From assembly GCA_963719515.1 (NCBI GenBank), contig CAVRCJ010000014.1, positions 32,001 to 96,000 of the forward strand: DNA of 64,000 bases. Direction: 5' to 3'. Shown here piece after piece: positions 37,635-47,868 of the stretch. This stretch comes from an uncultured cyanobacterium. GTDB lineage: Bacteria > Cyanobacteriota > Cyanobacteriia > CAKZMO01. The first letter of the stretch is position 1. The number at the start of each line of letters is the position of its first letter. Both the position numbers and the translations under genes were made by a program. The notes under the pieces are model-generated. The model saw only the letters and a program-made list of their open reading frames with translations. It did no database searches and was not told the DNA's origin.

Positions 37635-40198
37635 TCATCTTCTATCTCAGAGAATGTCCAGGGAGTTGTCTCAATATTGTCCGACGCCGGCGAGTTGACG
37701 GGAACCTCCGCTTCTCCAGCAGGCTTGAGCAAGTCGGCCAAGGTTTGCTCTGCGATCGCAGAACGATCGGACGGGCTATCTTCGCTCCCCTCAAGGGCCG
37801 CAAACAGCGCGGCAATTTCGTCGATTGTCGATTCGTCCTCAGCAAAGGGGTCGACTTCCACCTCTGGTGGGGCCGGTTCGCTAGAGGCCAACTCGCCAAA
37901 GATAGGGCCGTCGGCGGTAGATTCTTCCTCCCGACCCTCTTCGTCATCGTCCATTTCGGGCAGGGGCTGAAAGATCTCGGCGGGTTGCGAGAAGGGGCCG
38001 AGGGGAGGGGCCGATTCGTTGGTCGGCTCGCCTGCAGGCTCTTCGGGGTCTGTCTCTGGCAGCGGCGAGGTTAGGCCTGCAGGCGAGCTATCGACGGCGA
38101 AGAAGGCGTCATCCGGCGATAGAAACCCCGATACTGGGGCCCCATCTTCAGGGGTAATATCGGGCTCTACCGTATCGGGATCCATATCGCGCTCGACGTC
38201 GGGTTCAACAGGGGAGCGATCGCTCCCCTCAATGCGAGACAGGTCAGCTGTGAGCTGGTCGATATCTATATCGAAGTTGGCGAAGGGCTTAGCGCTATCG
38301 CCACTCGTGGGCAATAGATCTTCCCCTAAGGACGCCATGGTGAACGAGTTGCTGGTACCTGAGGTGTCCTCCATTCCCATCTGAATTAGAAGGTTGGGGT
38401 CGATTAGATCTGATAAGCGAGTGATGGTGTCTATGTCGGTAGTGCCTGTGATATCGGTACTTTCGTCATCGACGCTTTCCCCACCGGCATCCGCAACGTC
38501 AACGTCTGCGCCATCGGCACCGATATCGCGATCGATATCATGGGTGGTGTCTAGATCAGTAGCGCCTATATCGGCGGTGTTGATGTCAGGGGTAGTTTCA
38601 CCAGCTGCGTCTAGATTTGCGGCGCTCAGTTCAAAAGGCGTCTGGGGGTCAGGCTCCCGACGCTGTGTCTCGCTCCCCCCTTCAGAGGGCCCCTCTGTAG
38701 CCGCTCGAAACTCTGCATAAAATGACGCAATCTCATCACTTGGGTCGACTGAAAACTCGGGCGGACTGTCACCGTCCGCTGCTGGAGGACCGTCCGCTGC
38801 TGAGGGACTGTCTGCTGGGGTATTGTCTGCTGCTGGGGGACTGCCTGAAGATGCGGGCTCTTCCGCCGCTTCTTGCAGGTCAGCTTGCTCTGACGTCAGC
38901 GGCTCAAACTCCTCACCCCCAAAGACTGCGGCTTCATTGACCGTCACGCCATCATCCCCTAGCTCGAACAGGGCGATCGCCTCGTCGGAATCTCCTTCAG
39001 GGCTCTCTGTCAAGGCCGTCAGGTCAACCCCCTCTAAATCAAGACTGAGGTCATTGCCAATAGCGTCAATGTCGGCCTCTAAATCTTGGAGGAGTTGATC
39101 GATCAAGTCGTCGGTATCAAGCTGAGCGGGCGCGGCCTGAGGGATGGCCCCCTGACCGCGCCCCTCTAGCGGCATTTCTACCGGCATCTCCAGCGGCATT
39201 TCTGAGGGAGTTTGCGGCAGGTTTTGGCGTAAAATCTGGTCGATCTGATCCGCAGACAAGTCCTCTGCCGCAGAGACGCTGTCTGGGGCGACGGCGTCGC
39301 CGATGATACTGCGATCAGGTTCCGGAGGCTGGTCGTCAGACAGGTCGCCTGGGCCTACCAAGCTGGCTTGCCCATCTTTCGTGGACAATAGCCGCTCTCC
39401 CAACGGGGCTGTGCTGCCGAGCTGAGTATTGGCCCCCTCGGACAGCGAGTGGTTGAGGTAATTTGAAGCCTCGCGCCCGAGCTGGGTTGCCAAACGGTTC
39501 ACTAGAGCTGCAAACAGCGTCTCTCCCTGCTGTCCCAAGCTGTGCATTTTCTCCAGGCCTTGGCCCAGCGAGTCTCCATAGCTGTCGATGGTGCTCTGCA
39601 AAGAGTCGAATACCACCCGCATGGTGGAGTCCATCTTTAGCATAAGCTCGTTTGATGTCGCCTGTAGAGCCCGCAGCTGCTCTACCTGCTGCGCTCCGCT
39701 GAGCTGTGGCACCCCTTCGCCATCAGGATCGCCCGAGAGCTGGGGCTGCATCAGAGCGATCGCCTGCACCACTTGGGTGGTCATCTGGTCCTGCAGACGC
39801 GCCATGAGAGACTGCATGAAGTCTTGGAGCATTTGCTGCTGCATCGCCTGCTGCTGAGAGGTCTGCAGCTGCTGCTGCTGCTGCTGTAGCTGGCGCACGG
39901 TGCTAGCCAGCTGCTTTCGCTCATCGTGGAGCTGCGTGATCTCCTCGCGCAGGGGCTGAATCATATTGGCTCGCAGGTAGCCCATTTCCTGCACCACCGC
40001 CTGCAGAACCTGCTGGGCGCTGGCCTCTTGCGACTCGACCTGTGACGCCTTCCCACTGCGCTGCAGCTCCACCAGATAGCTGCGAGTTTCGGCGATCGCC
40101 GCCTGCTGTCGGGCCTGCGCCTCAGGGGTTGAAGAATCTCTGAGCGCTAAGTCAAGCTGGTCGATCAGCGCTTTCAGCTGGGCTCGATTAGAAGTCAC
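37619..40198 (-). CDS. Coiled-coil N-terminal, long acidic/disordered protein ending EKKK* at an A10G run
   Basis: GTG at 40198; Gln-rich coiled coil followed by a D/E/P-rich region. Confidence 0.82.
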   Translation of the reverse strand: MTSNRAQLKALIDQLDLALRDSSTPEAQARQQAAIAETRSYLVELQRSGKASQVESQEASAQQVLQAVVQEMGYLRANMIQPLREEITQLHDERKQLASTVRQLQQQQQQLQTSQQQAMQQQMLQDFMQSLMARLQDQMTTQVVQAIALMQPQLSGDPDGEGVPQLSGAQQVEQLRALQATSNELMLKMDSTMRVVFDSLQSTIDSYGDSLGQGLEKMHSLGQQGETLFAALVNRLATQLGREASNYLNHSLSEGANTQLGSTAPLGERLLSTKDGQASLVGPGDLSDDQPPEPDRSIIGDAVAPDSVSAAEDLSADQIDQILRQNLPQTPSEMPLEMPVEMPLEGRGQGAIPQAAPAQLDTDDLIDQLLQDLEADIDAIGNDLSLDLEGVDLTALTESPEGDSDEAIALFELGDDGVTVNEAAVFGGEEFEPLTSEQADLQEAAEEPASSGSPPAADNTPADSPSAADGPPAADGDSPPEFSVDPSDEIASFYAEFRAATEGPSEGGSETQRREPDPQTPFELSAANLDAAGETTPDINTADIGATDLDTTHDIDRDIGADGADVDVADAGGESVDDESTDITGTTDIDTITRLSDLIDPNLLIQMGMEDTSGTSNSFTMASLGEDLLPTSGDSAKPFANFDIDIDQLTADLSRIEGSDRSPVEPDVERDMDPDTVEPDITPEDGAPVSGFLSPDDAFFAVDSSPAGLTSPLPETDPEEPAGEPTNESAPPLGPFSQPAEIFQPLPEMDDDEEGREEESTADGPIFGELASSEPAPPEVEVDPFAEDESTIDEIAALFAALEGSEDSPSDRSAIAEQTLADLLKPAGEAEVPVNSPASDNIETTPWTFSEIEDDEKKK

Positions 40199-40612
40199 AA
40201 TGAGAGAATCCTGTGGGAGTGCAACAGTTGCCAGGTATAGCAAACGTCCTGATGCATTGGGACATTTGCGCGTTCAGTTGCCGACACAGCGTCGGGCTTT
40301 CAGCCGACTCTGGTGTCCTAAGCAACTGAGCCAATGCAATATAGCTCGGCTATAGCGTAGAGCTATCATATGACAGGAGAACCTGCTTCGCCAAAGATAG
40401 GCGCGTCAGCAAGAGATGTCTCTTAACATTCAGTAAACCACACGGCACTCGATAGGATACTGGACGCACAGATTCGAATCCCGGCGCTCGCCTCTACCGC
40501 CTGTATGGCCGCGATTGAATAGAGACTCTTTACCCTCAGGGCACTTCAGCGCTCTCGCATTGCGGTATTCAGCAGAATTCCCGATCAACTCGACGATTAA
40601 GGATTTCCGATT

Positions 40613-41116
40613 ATGCACCCTCAGCTTCCCAAAGAACAGTCAACCCGAGCGATTCAACCCGCTCCAAATACGGCAGGGCAGGCTTGGTTCGATTATCCGA
40701 TTCGCGTTCAGCCCCACCACACAGATTACGCCGGTATCGCCTGGCACGGCAGCTACATTGCCTGGATGGAAGAGGCCCGGGTTGAATATTTGCGATCGCT
40801 AGGGGTTGAATTTTCCAACTTGGTGGCCTTAGGCTGCGATCTGCCGGTGGTAGATCTGTCCATACGCTACCATCGCTCGCTGCCCCTCGGCGCGACGGCG
40901 ATCGTGAGAACCCGAATGAAAAATCTGGACGGCGTGCGGCTTAACTGGGACTACAAGATTCAGTCGCTTGAGGCTGACATAGCGCCAGAGGAAGTCTACG
41001 TGACGGCCCACGTTTCTCTAGTGGTTGTGGATCGAGAAAAGGGAAAAATTATGCGCCAGCTGCCGCCTGAAATCAAGCAGGTGCTGATGCGGCTAGCGGG
41101 TGATATGTCCTCTTAG
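40613..41116 (+). CDS. Hot-dog fold acyl-CoA thioesterase (4HBT/YbgC family)
   Basis: VQPHHTDYAGIAWHGSYIAWMEEAR. Confidence 0.9.
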   Translation: MHPQLPKEQSTRAIQPAPNTAGQAWFDYPIRVQPHHTDYAGIAWHGSYIAWMEEARVEYLRSLGVEFSNLVALGCDLPVVDLSIRYHRSLPLGATAIVRTRMKNLDGVRLNWDYKIQSLEADIAPEEVYVTAHVSLVVVDREKGKIMRQLPPEIKQVLMRLAGDMSS

Positions 41117-41218
41117 GCTTGCCCCCGGCAGCGCCTTCTCTAACTGAATCTAACTGAGAAGCACCGAGGGACGTGACATCCTCCCGACGCTGATGCTACG
41201 CATACAGCGCGGGCTTCC

Positions 41219-42415
41219 TCAGTGACTCCCAGCTACCGCTGAGACATTTCCTGAGAGATTAAGGGCTTGATGTCCCACAGCCCTATTCAATAGGTTGATA
41301 GCCGCGTTGTGGTCGCGGCAGATCGTTAAGCCGCATGACGGGCAACTATGGACCCGATCGGCCAGCGTCTTTGGTACCCGCTCACCACAACCCGAGCAAT
41401 CAATGCTGGTTCCGCGTGGGTTCTCAGCGATGGTCATCTTTCCAGCTTTCGCGGCTTTGAAAGAGCCTATCTCCAAGAATGTACCCCATGCGGCATCAGC
41501 GATTGACTTTGCCAGTCTGGTTCGAGCAAGTCCTTTGATGTTGAGCTTTTCATGAGCGACAACATCGTACTTTGAAAACAGCCAATCCCACACCTTAGAA
41601 AAGAAATCACGGCGCTGACGCGATATCTTTAGGTGTAGTTTGGCTATACGATTCACCTGCTTACGCCAGCGGTTAGAGCCCTTCTTCTGTCTCGATAGCT
41701 GCCGCTGCAGCTTGGATAGCTGCCGCTCTGAGCGTCGAAAGAACTGAGGGATAGGAACGCTCTCACCGTCACTGGTAACCAAGAAATCCTTCAGCCCAAC
41801 GTCAACACCGACAGACTTAGCCCTATCGACATCCGGAGTAAGCATCGGAACGGCATTGTTTTCCAGTAACAGGCTCACATACCAACCATCTGCTTTGCGA
41901 GTCACCTTGGCCGTTTTGACAGTAAACCCATCAGGTATCGGGCGATGAAGGATTAGCTTCACCTGGCCAATCTTAGGCAGGGTAATACGACTTCCATCGA
42001 TGCAGTCAGGTTTCATCTGCGGGAACGTGAACGTCCTGTAGCGCCCCGCGCCTTTGAACCGAGGCTTGCCGCTACGCTTACCGTTTTTATCACCTTTGAT
42101 GAAACGCTCGAACGTCTGCTTTACCTGCTTCGTCACCTCCTGAAGCGCTTGTGAGTGCAAATCTTTGTACCAGGGTCGCTCTCGCTTGAGAGGTACTAGG
42201 CTAGCCTTCTGGCTGTAGTAATTAGGATTATCTTTGAGTGGCGCAAGGCTACAGGTGAGTGGGCAGGCGTTGACCGAACAGCGGTTCATCTCCCACCAGT
42301 CGAAGCGCTCAGCCAGCAACCAGTTGTACTGTGCCCGAAGCATGTCTAGCCATCGGGTCATGGTAACCGTTTGCTCAGCCGCTGGACGCAACTTGTACTG
42401 ATAAGTGACTTTCAT
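41219..42415 (-). CDS. tnpB: TnpB RNA-guided endonuclease
   Basis: MKVTYQYKLRP; RuvC residues in GVDVGL, AHEKL and RDHNAA; zinc finger CSGC/CPSC. Confidence 0.95.
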   Translation of the reverse strand: MKVTYQYKLRPAAEQTVTMTRWLDMLRAQYNWLLAERFDWWEMNRCSVNACPLTCSLAPLKDNPNYYSQKASLVPLKRERPWYKDLHSQALQEVTKQVKQTFERFIKGDKNGKRSGKPRFKGAGRYRTFTFPQMKPDCIDGSRITLPKIGQVKLILHRPIPDGFTVKTAKVTRKADGWYVSLLLENNAVPMLTPDVDRAKSVGVDVGLKDFLVTSDGESVPIPQFFRRSERQLSKLQRQLSRQKKGSNRWRKQVNRIAKLHLKISRQRRDFFSKVWDWLFSKYDVVAHEKLNIKGLARTRLAKSIADAAWGTFLEIGSFKAAKAGKMTIAENPRGTSIDCSGCGERVPKTLADRVHSCPSCGLTICRDHNAAINLLNRAVGHQALNLSGNVSAVAGSH

Positions 42416-42448
42416 GCAATAATGATAGCATATTGACATCAGAACGAC

Positions 42449-42631
42449 ATGCAGCAAATAACTATTAGAGCCGCTGACAGAGAAAAGCAGCATCTTGACA
42501 AGTATTGTGAGATGACCGAAAGAACTATCAACGATGTCCTTAGGGAGTACATCCGAAGTTTGGCCGTCTCCGGGGCATTGAGCCCCATCGACGACCGCGA
42601 CTCTCATCCCGACGCTCACCCTGACGGGTAG
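42449..42631 (+). CDS. Ribbon-helix-helix (CopG-like) protein inside the IS
   Basis: MQQITIRAADREKQHLDKYCEMTERTINDVLREYIRSL (beta-alpha-alpha pattern). Confidence 0.72.
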   Translation: MQQITIRAADREKQHLDKYCEMTERTINDVLREYIRSLAVSGALSPIDDRDSHPDAHPDG

Positions 42632-42655
42632 AGCGCGGGGCTTCCTGTCTAGTAG

Positions 42656-42859
42656 CTAAAATGCACCGAATACGCTTTGCCAAAAGCCAACAAGCTGCCG
42701 CCAAAGATCCTGCGGGCCAATGCCAAACAGAAGCTGCAGGGCTAGGGCAATGAGGGCGATAGTAATGGCCGTGCTGACCGTGGCGCGAACAACCCGAATC
42801 AGCCAGGTGAAGATGAAAAAGGAAATAACGAGCGCTGCGATGAGCAAAATTGGAGACAT
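42656..42859 (-). CDS. Small 2-TM membrane protein
   Basis: MSPILLIAALVISFFIFTWLIRVVRAT...LFGIGPQDLW. Confidence 0.75.
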   Translation of the reverse strand: MSPILLIAALVISFFIFTWLIRVVRATVSTAITIALIALALQLLFGIGPQDLWRQLVGFWQSVFGAF

Positions 42860-42986
42860 GGCCAAGCGGGCAAGATAAGGTGCCTAGATACAACGTTCAG
42901 GTCTCCACTATAAATCCTGGATAGAGTTTTGCAGTGGGTTGCCTGGGCCGCTCTATGATTTGTAGACCGTTCTCTCTGCGCGCTCA

Positions 42987-43868
42987 CTACGAATGAGGCG
43001 ATCGCGCTTCTAAGTGTTGAATAAGGGCCTGGAGCGCTTGGGTTTGCTGATGTCCCAGGGCTTCTAGCCGCTTCAGCCCCTCAATCAGCTGGCGATCGCC
43101 TTCCGCTAGCGGTGGGGCATTCCCCTGGGGGGCGGGGTCGCTGACGGGGTGTATCAAATCTAGGACGTCCGCGATGTTTGAGCCGCTTGCGACGCCAGCG
43201 CTTGAAGCGTCGGCGCTGTTTGCTAGCCCGTTACTCCCATCTTGCAAACCAGACCGTTCCTCAGCGTCTTGCAGCAGGTCGGCTGGGTGGTGCCGGTCTG
43301 CAGTCAGCGCCGATGAGCCGGAACGAGGCGGCCGCGATCGCCGGTACCAGGCTGCAAACTCAGCGGCCATCCACTGGCCCAGTTGCCCGAGCGCCATTAT
43401 CGCCAGCCGGACCAGATATAGAGGGATATTGAGCAAGATGATCCAGGCTCGCTGTGCGAGCTGGGCCATTGCCTGCAGGAGACCCCACACCAGCACCACC
43501 ACCAGCAGGGTCAGCCCGATAGTCACTATCGGATGCCTCAAGAGCCAAGACAGCAGCGGGTGGCCCTGTAGCCATAGCGCAGCGTCAGCGGCCATCGCCT
43601 GCCACAGCTCTTGGGCGATGCTGCTGGTCACCCCTTCTGCCTGCGCCACAGTATAGTCAAGGGACTCTATAGCTCGCTCTGTGGTAGCAGTAAGCGTTGT
43701 CGCTACGGCAGAAGAGACCCCATCAGCCATGTGGGCTACGTCCTGCCTGACGCCGTCAGCCACATGTCCCAGCCTCTGCTTGAGCTGTGATAGGGAGCCG
43801 TCAAAAGTAAAGCTGCCCAACCGTGGTGTGGCGATCGCAATTGCTATAGCTGCTAGGTCTAACCCCAT
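42987..43868 (-). CDS. Hypothetical membrane protein
   Basis: 293 aa, central TM region (HPLLSWLLRHP...). Confidence 0.7.
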   Translation of the reverse strand: MGLDLAAIAIAIATPRLGSFTFDGSLSQLKQRLGHVADGVRQDVAHMADGVSSAVATTLTATTERAIESLDYTVAQAEGVTSSIAQELWQAMAADAALWLQGHPLLSWLLRHPIVTIGLTLLVVVLVWGLLQAMAQLAQRAWIILLNIPLYLVRLAIMALGQLGQWMAAEFAAWYRRSRPPRSGSSALTADRHHPADLLQDAEERSGLQDGSNGLANSADASSAGVASGSNIADVLDLIHPVSDPAPQGNAPPLAEGDRQLIEGLKRLEALGHQQTQALQALIQHLEARSPHS

Positions 43869-43958
43869 ACCCTTACTGAGACTGTGGCTACAGCGGTCCT
43901 AGCCACAGCAAACTCTTAGCTACAATGCCCATGGTAGGGCAATCAGAATGGGTTTGGA

Positions 43959-44858
43959 TTAGAGCAGGTCAAGACTCATGCCCTCGCGAGCAATCTTCAC
44001 GTTAGAATACGCTGACCGCATCTCGGCTTCGACCTTGTCCAAAAAGTCATCCTCATGGGCCGGGTCGTGATGAAATATCAGGATCTGCTTCGCCCCGGCA
44101 CTCAGCGCCGCCTGAATGCAGGCATGCCACTGGGCAGAGGTGCGAGAGGTTTCAGACTGCCTGGGGTCAAAGTAGGCGTGATCGAGGTAGACCGCGTCAA
44201 TGATGAGCAAATCTGCGTCGTAGGCTAAATGCGCTAGATTCCTCTTTCGCTGAAGTATGTGGGCCGTGTCTGTGGCATAAACAACTGAGATTCCCTGCCA
44301 GTTAATCCGGTAGCCCAGGGCTCCGTTAATTTGGTTTAGGGGAAGCGTTTCTATAGAAATATCCTGTATGGGGATGGTAGTGCCGGGTTCAACGTTGTGA
44401 AAATGTAGCTCCGAGGACATTGTCCGCAGCGAGACCGGGAAATGGGGCAAGATCATCTGATCCATCAGGCGCTGCTTAATCGAGGCTCCCGTGAGGCCGG
44501 TGGCCCCGTAAATATGGAAGCAGTTCGAGTCGTGAAACGCGGGAATAAAGAAGGGAAATCCTTGAATTCTGTCCCAGTGCGTGTGGGTGAAAAGAATGTG
44601 GGCGTTGATGGCATCAGCGTGCTGCAGGTGCTTGCCCAACACCCTCAGCCCAGTCCCGCCGTCAAAGATAAGCTTTTCTCCAGCCACGTTCATCTCGACG
44701 CAGGCGGTATTGCCGCCGTAGCGAACCGTGTTGATTCCAGGCGTTGGTATGCTGCCTCGTACTCCCCAAAAGGTGACGGTGAACTCTTTAACCACAGTTT
44801 CAGATTGTCGGCCGCTGCTTGCCTGAAGACGGTTTACGATCGAGTCAGAACCTAACAT
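43959..44858 (-). CDS. MBL-fold metallo-hydrolase
   Basis: FWGVRGSIP, YGGNTAC, FDGGTG, THTHWDRIQGFPFF, FHHDP. Confidence 0.9.
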   Translation of the reverse strand: MLGSDSIVNRLQASSGRQSETVVKEFTVTFWGVRGSIPTPGINTVRYGGNTACVEMNVAGEKLIFDGGTGLRVLGKHLQHADAINAHILFTHTHWDRIQGFPFFIPAFHDSNCFHIYGATGLTGASIKQRLMDQMILPHFPVSLRTMSSELHFHNVEPGTTIPIQDISIETLPLNQINGALGYRINWQGISVVYATDTAHILQRKRNLAHLAYDADLLIIDAVYLDHAYFDPRQSETSRTSAQWHACIQAALSAGAKQILIFHHDPAHEDDFLDKVEAEMRSAYSNVKIAREGMSLDLL

Positions 44859-45370
44859 GTGTATGTATGAGATAAAATCCGGCGAAAGCGCGTGAGCTAC
44901 AGGCCGAACCTTGACCTGAATGTCAAAGTCTCGACGACTCAAGCTCGATAAAGCGCGCGGCGAGCAGCTAAAAAGTTGCTTAGGCCAACGCAGACCTCGG
45001 GGAACGCCGCAGTCAATATCTCTGCGGCTATCTACAAAGCACTATTCCCCATTTCCCAGAAACACCTGCAGCGTCCGGGAATTTCCCTACTCTGCAGAGC
45101 TATATGCGCTAGTGCACCCCAGAATCAATACAGACGAATATTGAGCGCTATAGCTATCTAGAAGATAATAAAAAAAGTAGATGGCTTGCTTTTATTACAG
45201 CCAACGCCCCTTTAGATATTGTAAGCGATACGCAAAATCAGTGGCTAAGCTGCTATTAAAATAGAGAGGAGCCAGCGCAACTAAATAGTACGGTCGCTAT
45301 TTAAACCGCTATGCTCCCCGCCGCGATCCTCTTTTTAAGGAGAGGACTGAGCAGTCCTGGGCTCTTGTGG

Positions 45371-45883
45371 TTAGCCTTGATACGCTTTAACGCAGGCGTC
45401 TACGAGCTGACCGACCGCATCAACGTCTTTCCAACCCAAAATTTCGGTCACCTTTTTTTCCAGGGTTTTGTACGTGCCAAAAAACTCTGAAACTTCATCA
45501 AGGCGGTGAGCGGCCACGTCCTGTAAAGACTTCACGTGGCTATAGCGTGGGTCTTTGTCGGGGACGCACAGCAGCTTCTCATCGCGATCGCCGCCGTCTA
45601 TCATCTCTAGCATACCGATAGGACGCGCTGTGATCACGCAGCCGGGAAACGTCGGCTGGTCCATGATCACCAAGCCGTCTAGCGGATCGCCGTCGTCTGC
45701 CAGCGTATTGGGAATAAACCCATAGTCAAAGGGATACTGGACTGATGCGTAGAGCACGCGGTCTAGGGCGAGTGCTTCTAAGTCTTTGTCATACTCGTAT
45801 TTATTCTTGCTCCCTGCCGGAATTTCAATTAGAACATTGACAAGGCCGGGCTTAGGTTGCGGAGGAATACGCGATAAATCCAC
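45371..45883 (-). CDS. ppa: Inorganic pyrophosphatase
   Basis: [36 protein letters not shown]. Confidence 0.96.
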   Translation of the reverse strand: MDLSRIPPQPKPGLVNVLIEIPAGSKNKYEYDKDLEALALDRVLYASVQYPFDYGFIPNTLADDGDPLDGLVIMDQPTFPGCVITARPIGMLEMIDGGDRDEKLLCVPDKDPRYSHVKSLQDVAAHRLDEVSEFFGTYKTLEKKVTEILGWKDVDAVGQLVDACVKAYQG

Positions 45884-46076
45884 AATAATCTCCAAATGTC
45901 GTCGTGCTTCAAGGCTTTAGCCTCGATAGCATTGTAGGAGATGACGGCAGCGTCCTTGCAATCGTTTTTCGTCCCCTCATAAAAAGCTCACATAAGCATA
46001 GGGCCCAAGTGAATCCTACTGAGGGCCCTATGTCTGGGCGCTCCAAGTTAGAAGTTGCTGTGGCTGCTTACACCGC

Positions 46077-46250
46077 TCAATCGCTGAGCAGCGGATTGTA
46101 TAGAGGCTGCTCAGCTTCGCTGGTGAGGGAGGAAACCGTGATTGCGGCAAGCGGGGCGATGATGGTCACCAAGGCAATCATCACACCGATGGCGTTGACA
46201 AACCGTCGGTCCCATTGGGGAGGTTTATCGGACTGGTTGTAAGAGCTCAT
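46077..46250 (-). CDS. 57-aa single-TM small protein (below the ORF-track cutoff)
   Basis: MSSYNQSDKPPQWDRRFVNAIGVMIALVTIIAPLAAITVSSLTSEAEQPLYNPLLSD*. Confidence 0.55.
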   Translation of the reverse strand: MSSYNQSDKPPQWDRRFVNAIGVMIALVTIIAPLAAITVSSLTSEAEQPLYNPLLSD

Positions 46251-46325
46251 GTTAAAAATCGAGTGGAACGTAATGGCATGTAAATGGAGGTAAGACGCCT
46301 ATTTGTGTCTCGAGGCTACGTCTCG

Positions 46326-46775
46326 CTATACGTCACGGGCTGAAGAGCTGCCGGCATCGGGGGGACTAGACTCTAGAAGATGACGGATTGTGGTGAGTTC
46401 GCTCAGAATTTGCCGCAGCAGACTTTGGTTGACGGTCTGCTCAGAAACGTGGACGTCAATGGTGACCTGCTGAATCCCCAAAATATCTCTGGCAAATCGC
46501 TCCACCTCTGAGGGGTGAAACATAAGTGCATCGTCTTTATGCTTGCGCAGCTCCGGGTTCAGCCGCTTGCGGTCGAAGGGAGGATTGAGAGTGTCGGGGG
46601 TGGTGTTGGCATACCGATAGATAGATGCGCGCGATCGCCCTAGGGACTGCTGCACATCTTCCACGCTAAGACAGTCATAGTCCTCGGCGGTCAAGAGCGG
46701 CTCAACGTCCATTTCTGGAGCCGCCAAATCATGAGCGTCATGGGAATCGGCAGGTCTATCGAAGTCAGAGGTCAT
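46326..46775 (-). CDS. Excisionase/AlpA-like HTH protein
   Basis: LSVEDVQQSLGRSRASIYRYAN...FHPSEVERF. Confidence 0.75.
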   Translation of the reverse strand: MTSDFDRPADSHDAHDLAAPEMDVEPLLTAEDYDCLSVEDVQQSLGRSRASIYRYANTTPDTLNPPFDRKRLNPELRKHKDDALMFHPSEVERFARDILGIQQVTIDVHVSEQTVNQSLLRQILSELTTIRHLLESSPPDAGSSSARDV

Positions 46776-47222
46776 GCGTTGAAATTGTGGCAACGTTGTC
46801 GTCTGATGATTGCAAACGCACCGGCATCACCGCACCACGCCAGTAAGTGAGTCACCATTAAAGTAGAGGCCGCTGCCCTGGAAAACCACCCACTCCCGAA
46901 AGCATTTTCCGCCAGCTTCGATTTTGATCATCCCTACTTTATCTACTTACCCAAATTATACTCAATCTTGCTTGATCCTTAAGAAAATAGTGGTATCGAT
47001 GGCCCTAGGGTGCTCCAGTCTGCCTGCCTCGATCTCGAATGTCCCCACAATTTTTGGGGAGACCCACCCAGCAATGCACTCTGGGAATAGAACTATACTG
47101 AAACTGGACCTTTTGAGTTCGTTGGTTTTACAGCCCGTGTGCCGGTGGCCTTCTGGCTATCTGGGAACCGGTGCTCTGCAATTCCATGCAGAAAGCACTT
47201 CGCTGACTCTGGAAAGATAGGC

Positions 47223-47801
47223 ATGTCAGATACTTACGACGAAGCGGCGGTCCAACAGATACTAGCGCTGGCGCGCGCCCGGCAAGGCCAAAGTGGCCCC
47301 CTCAGGCGATCGCAGCTGATTGATGTTGCCAGAGAGCTCAACATCTCGCCCGCAAACTTTTTGGCAGCTGAGGAAGATTGGCTGGTGTGCCAGCAGGAGC
47401 AAGGCGCTCGCTTGGCGTTCGATCAACACCGTCGTCAGCAGCTGACGAAAGGGCTGCGTCGCTTTAGCTTGGGTGCTAGCCTGCTGCTGCTGTCTAACCT
47501 ACTAGCGACTCGCCAGCTGAGCTGGTCTCTATACATTGCGTTGGGCTGGTCTATCGTGCTCGCTGCCCGGGCGTGGCAAACGTATCGACCCTCCGACGAG
47601 CGCTACAACCGTGCGTTTCGGCGCTGGTGGCTGCGCCAGCAAATTGGCGAGTCCTTTAAGGCTATCTCTGAGCGGCTGCGCTTGACCGCTGACGATAGCG
47701 CGAGGAACGGCGAGAATAGCAACGGTAAGCCGAGCAGTGCCTTGTCCGACTTAGATCATCAGTCGGCTTCGAGGTCTCTCAGCGGTCGCGAGACCCAATA
47801 G
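47223..47801 (+). CDS. 2TM domain-containing protein
   Basis: YDEAAVQQILALA...QLIDVARELNIS..., two TM segments. Confidence 0.78.
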   Translation: MSDTYDEAAVQQILALARARQGQSGPLRRSQLIDVARELNISPANFLAAEEDWLVCQQEQGARLAFDQHRRQQLTKGLRRFSLGASLLLLSNLLATRQLSWSLYIALGWSIVLAARAWQTYRPSDERYNRAFRRWWLRQQIGESFKAISERLRLTADDSARNGENSNGKPSSALSDLDHQSASRSLSGRETQ

Positions 47802-47868
47802 CCGCGAAACCCAAGCTGCGACCAGTACCTCAAAGCCAACCAGTCGCCAGAGGCAACCTCCGCTCACT

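Larger units (their letters stand above)
41173..42646 (-). mobile_element. IS200/IS605-family element lacking tnpA
   Basis: Related subterminal hairpins at ~41181-41219 and ~42608-42646 (TCCCGACGCT...AGCGCGGG(G)CTTCCT). The right end finishes GTCAC on the minus strand; the left boundary is uncertain by a few nt. Confidence 0.85.

Noticed and set aside
42416..42619. N-terminal extension of TnpB in the ORF track
   Set aside because: It is antisense to the RHH gene; TnpB homology begins at ATG 42415.
46326..46775. Excisionase-like gene as a prophage marker
   Set aside because: No integrase or phage genes nearby; the context is housekeeping and the gene contains HIP1.
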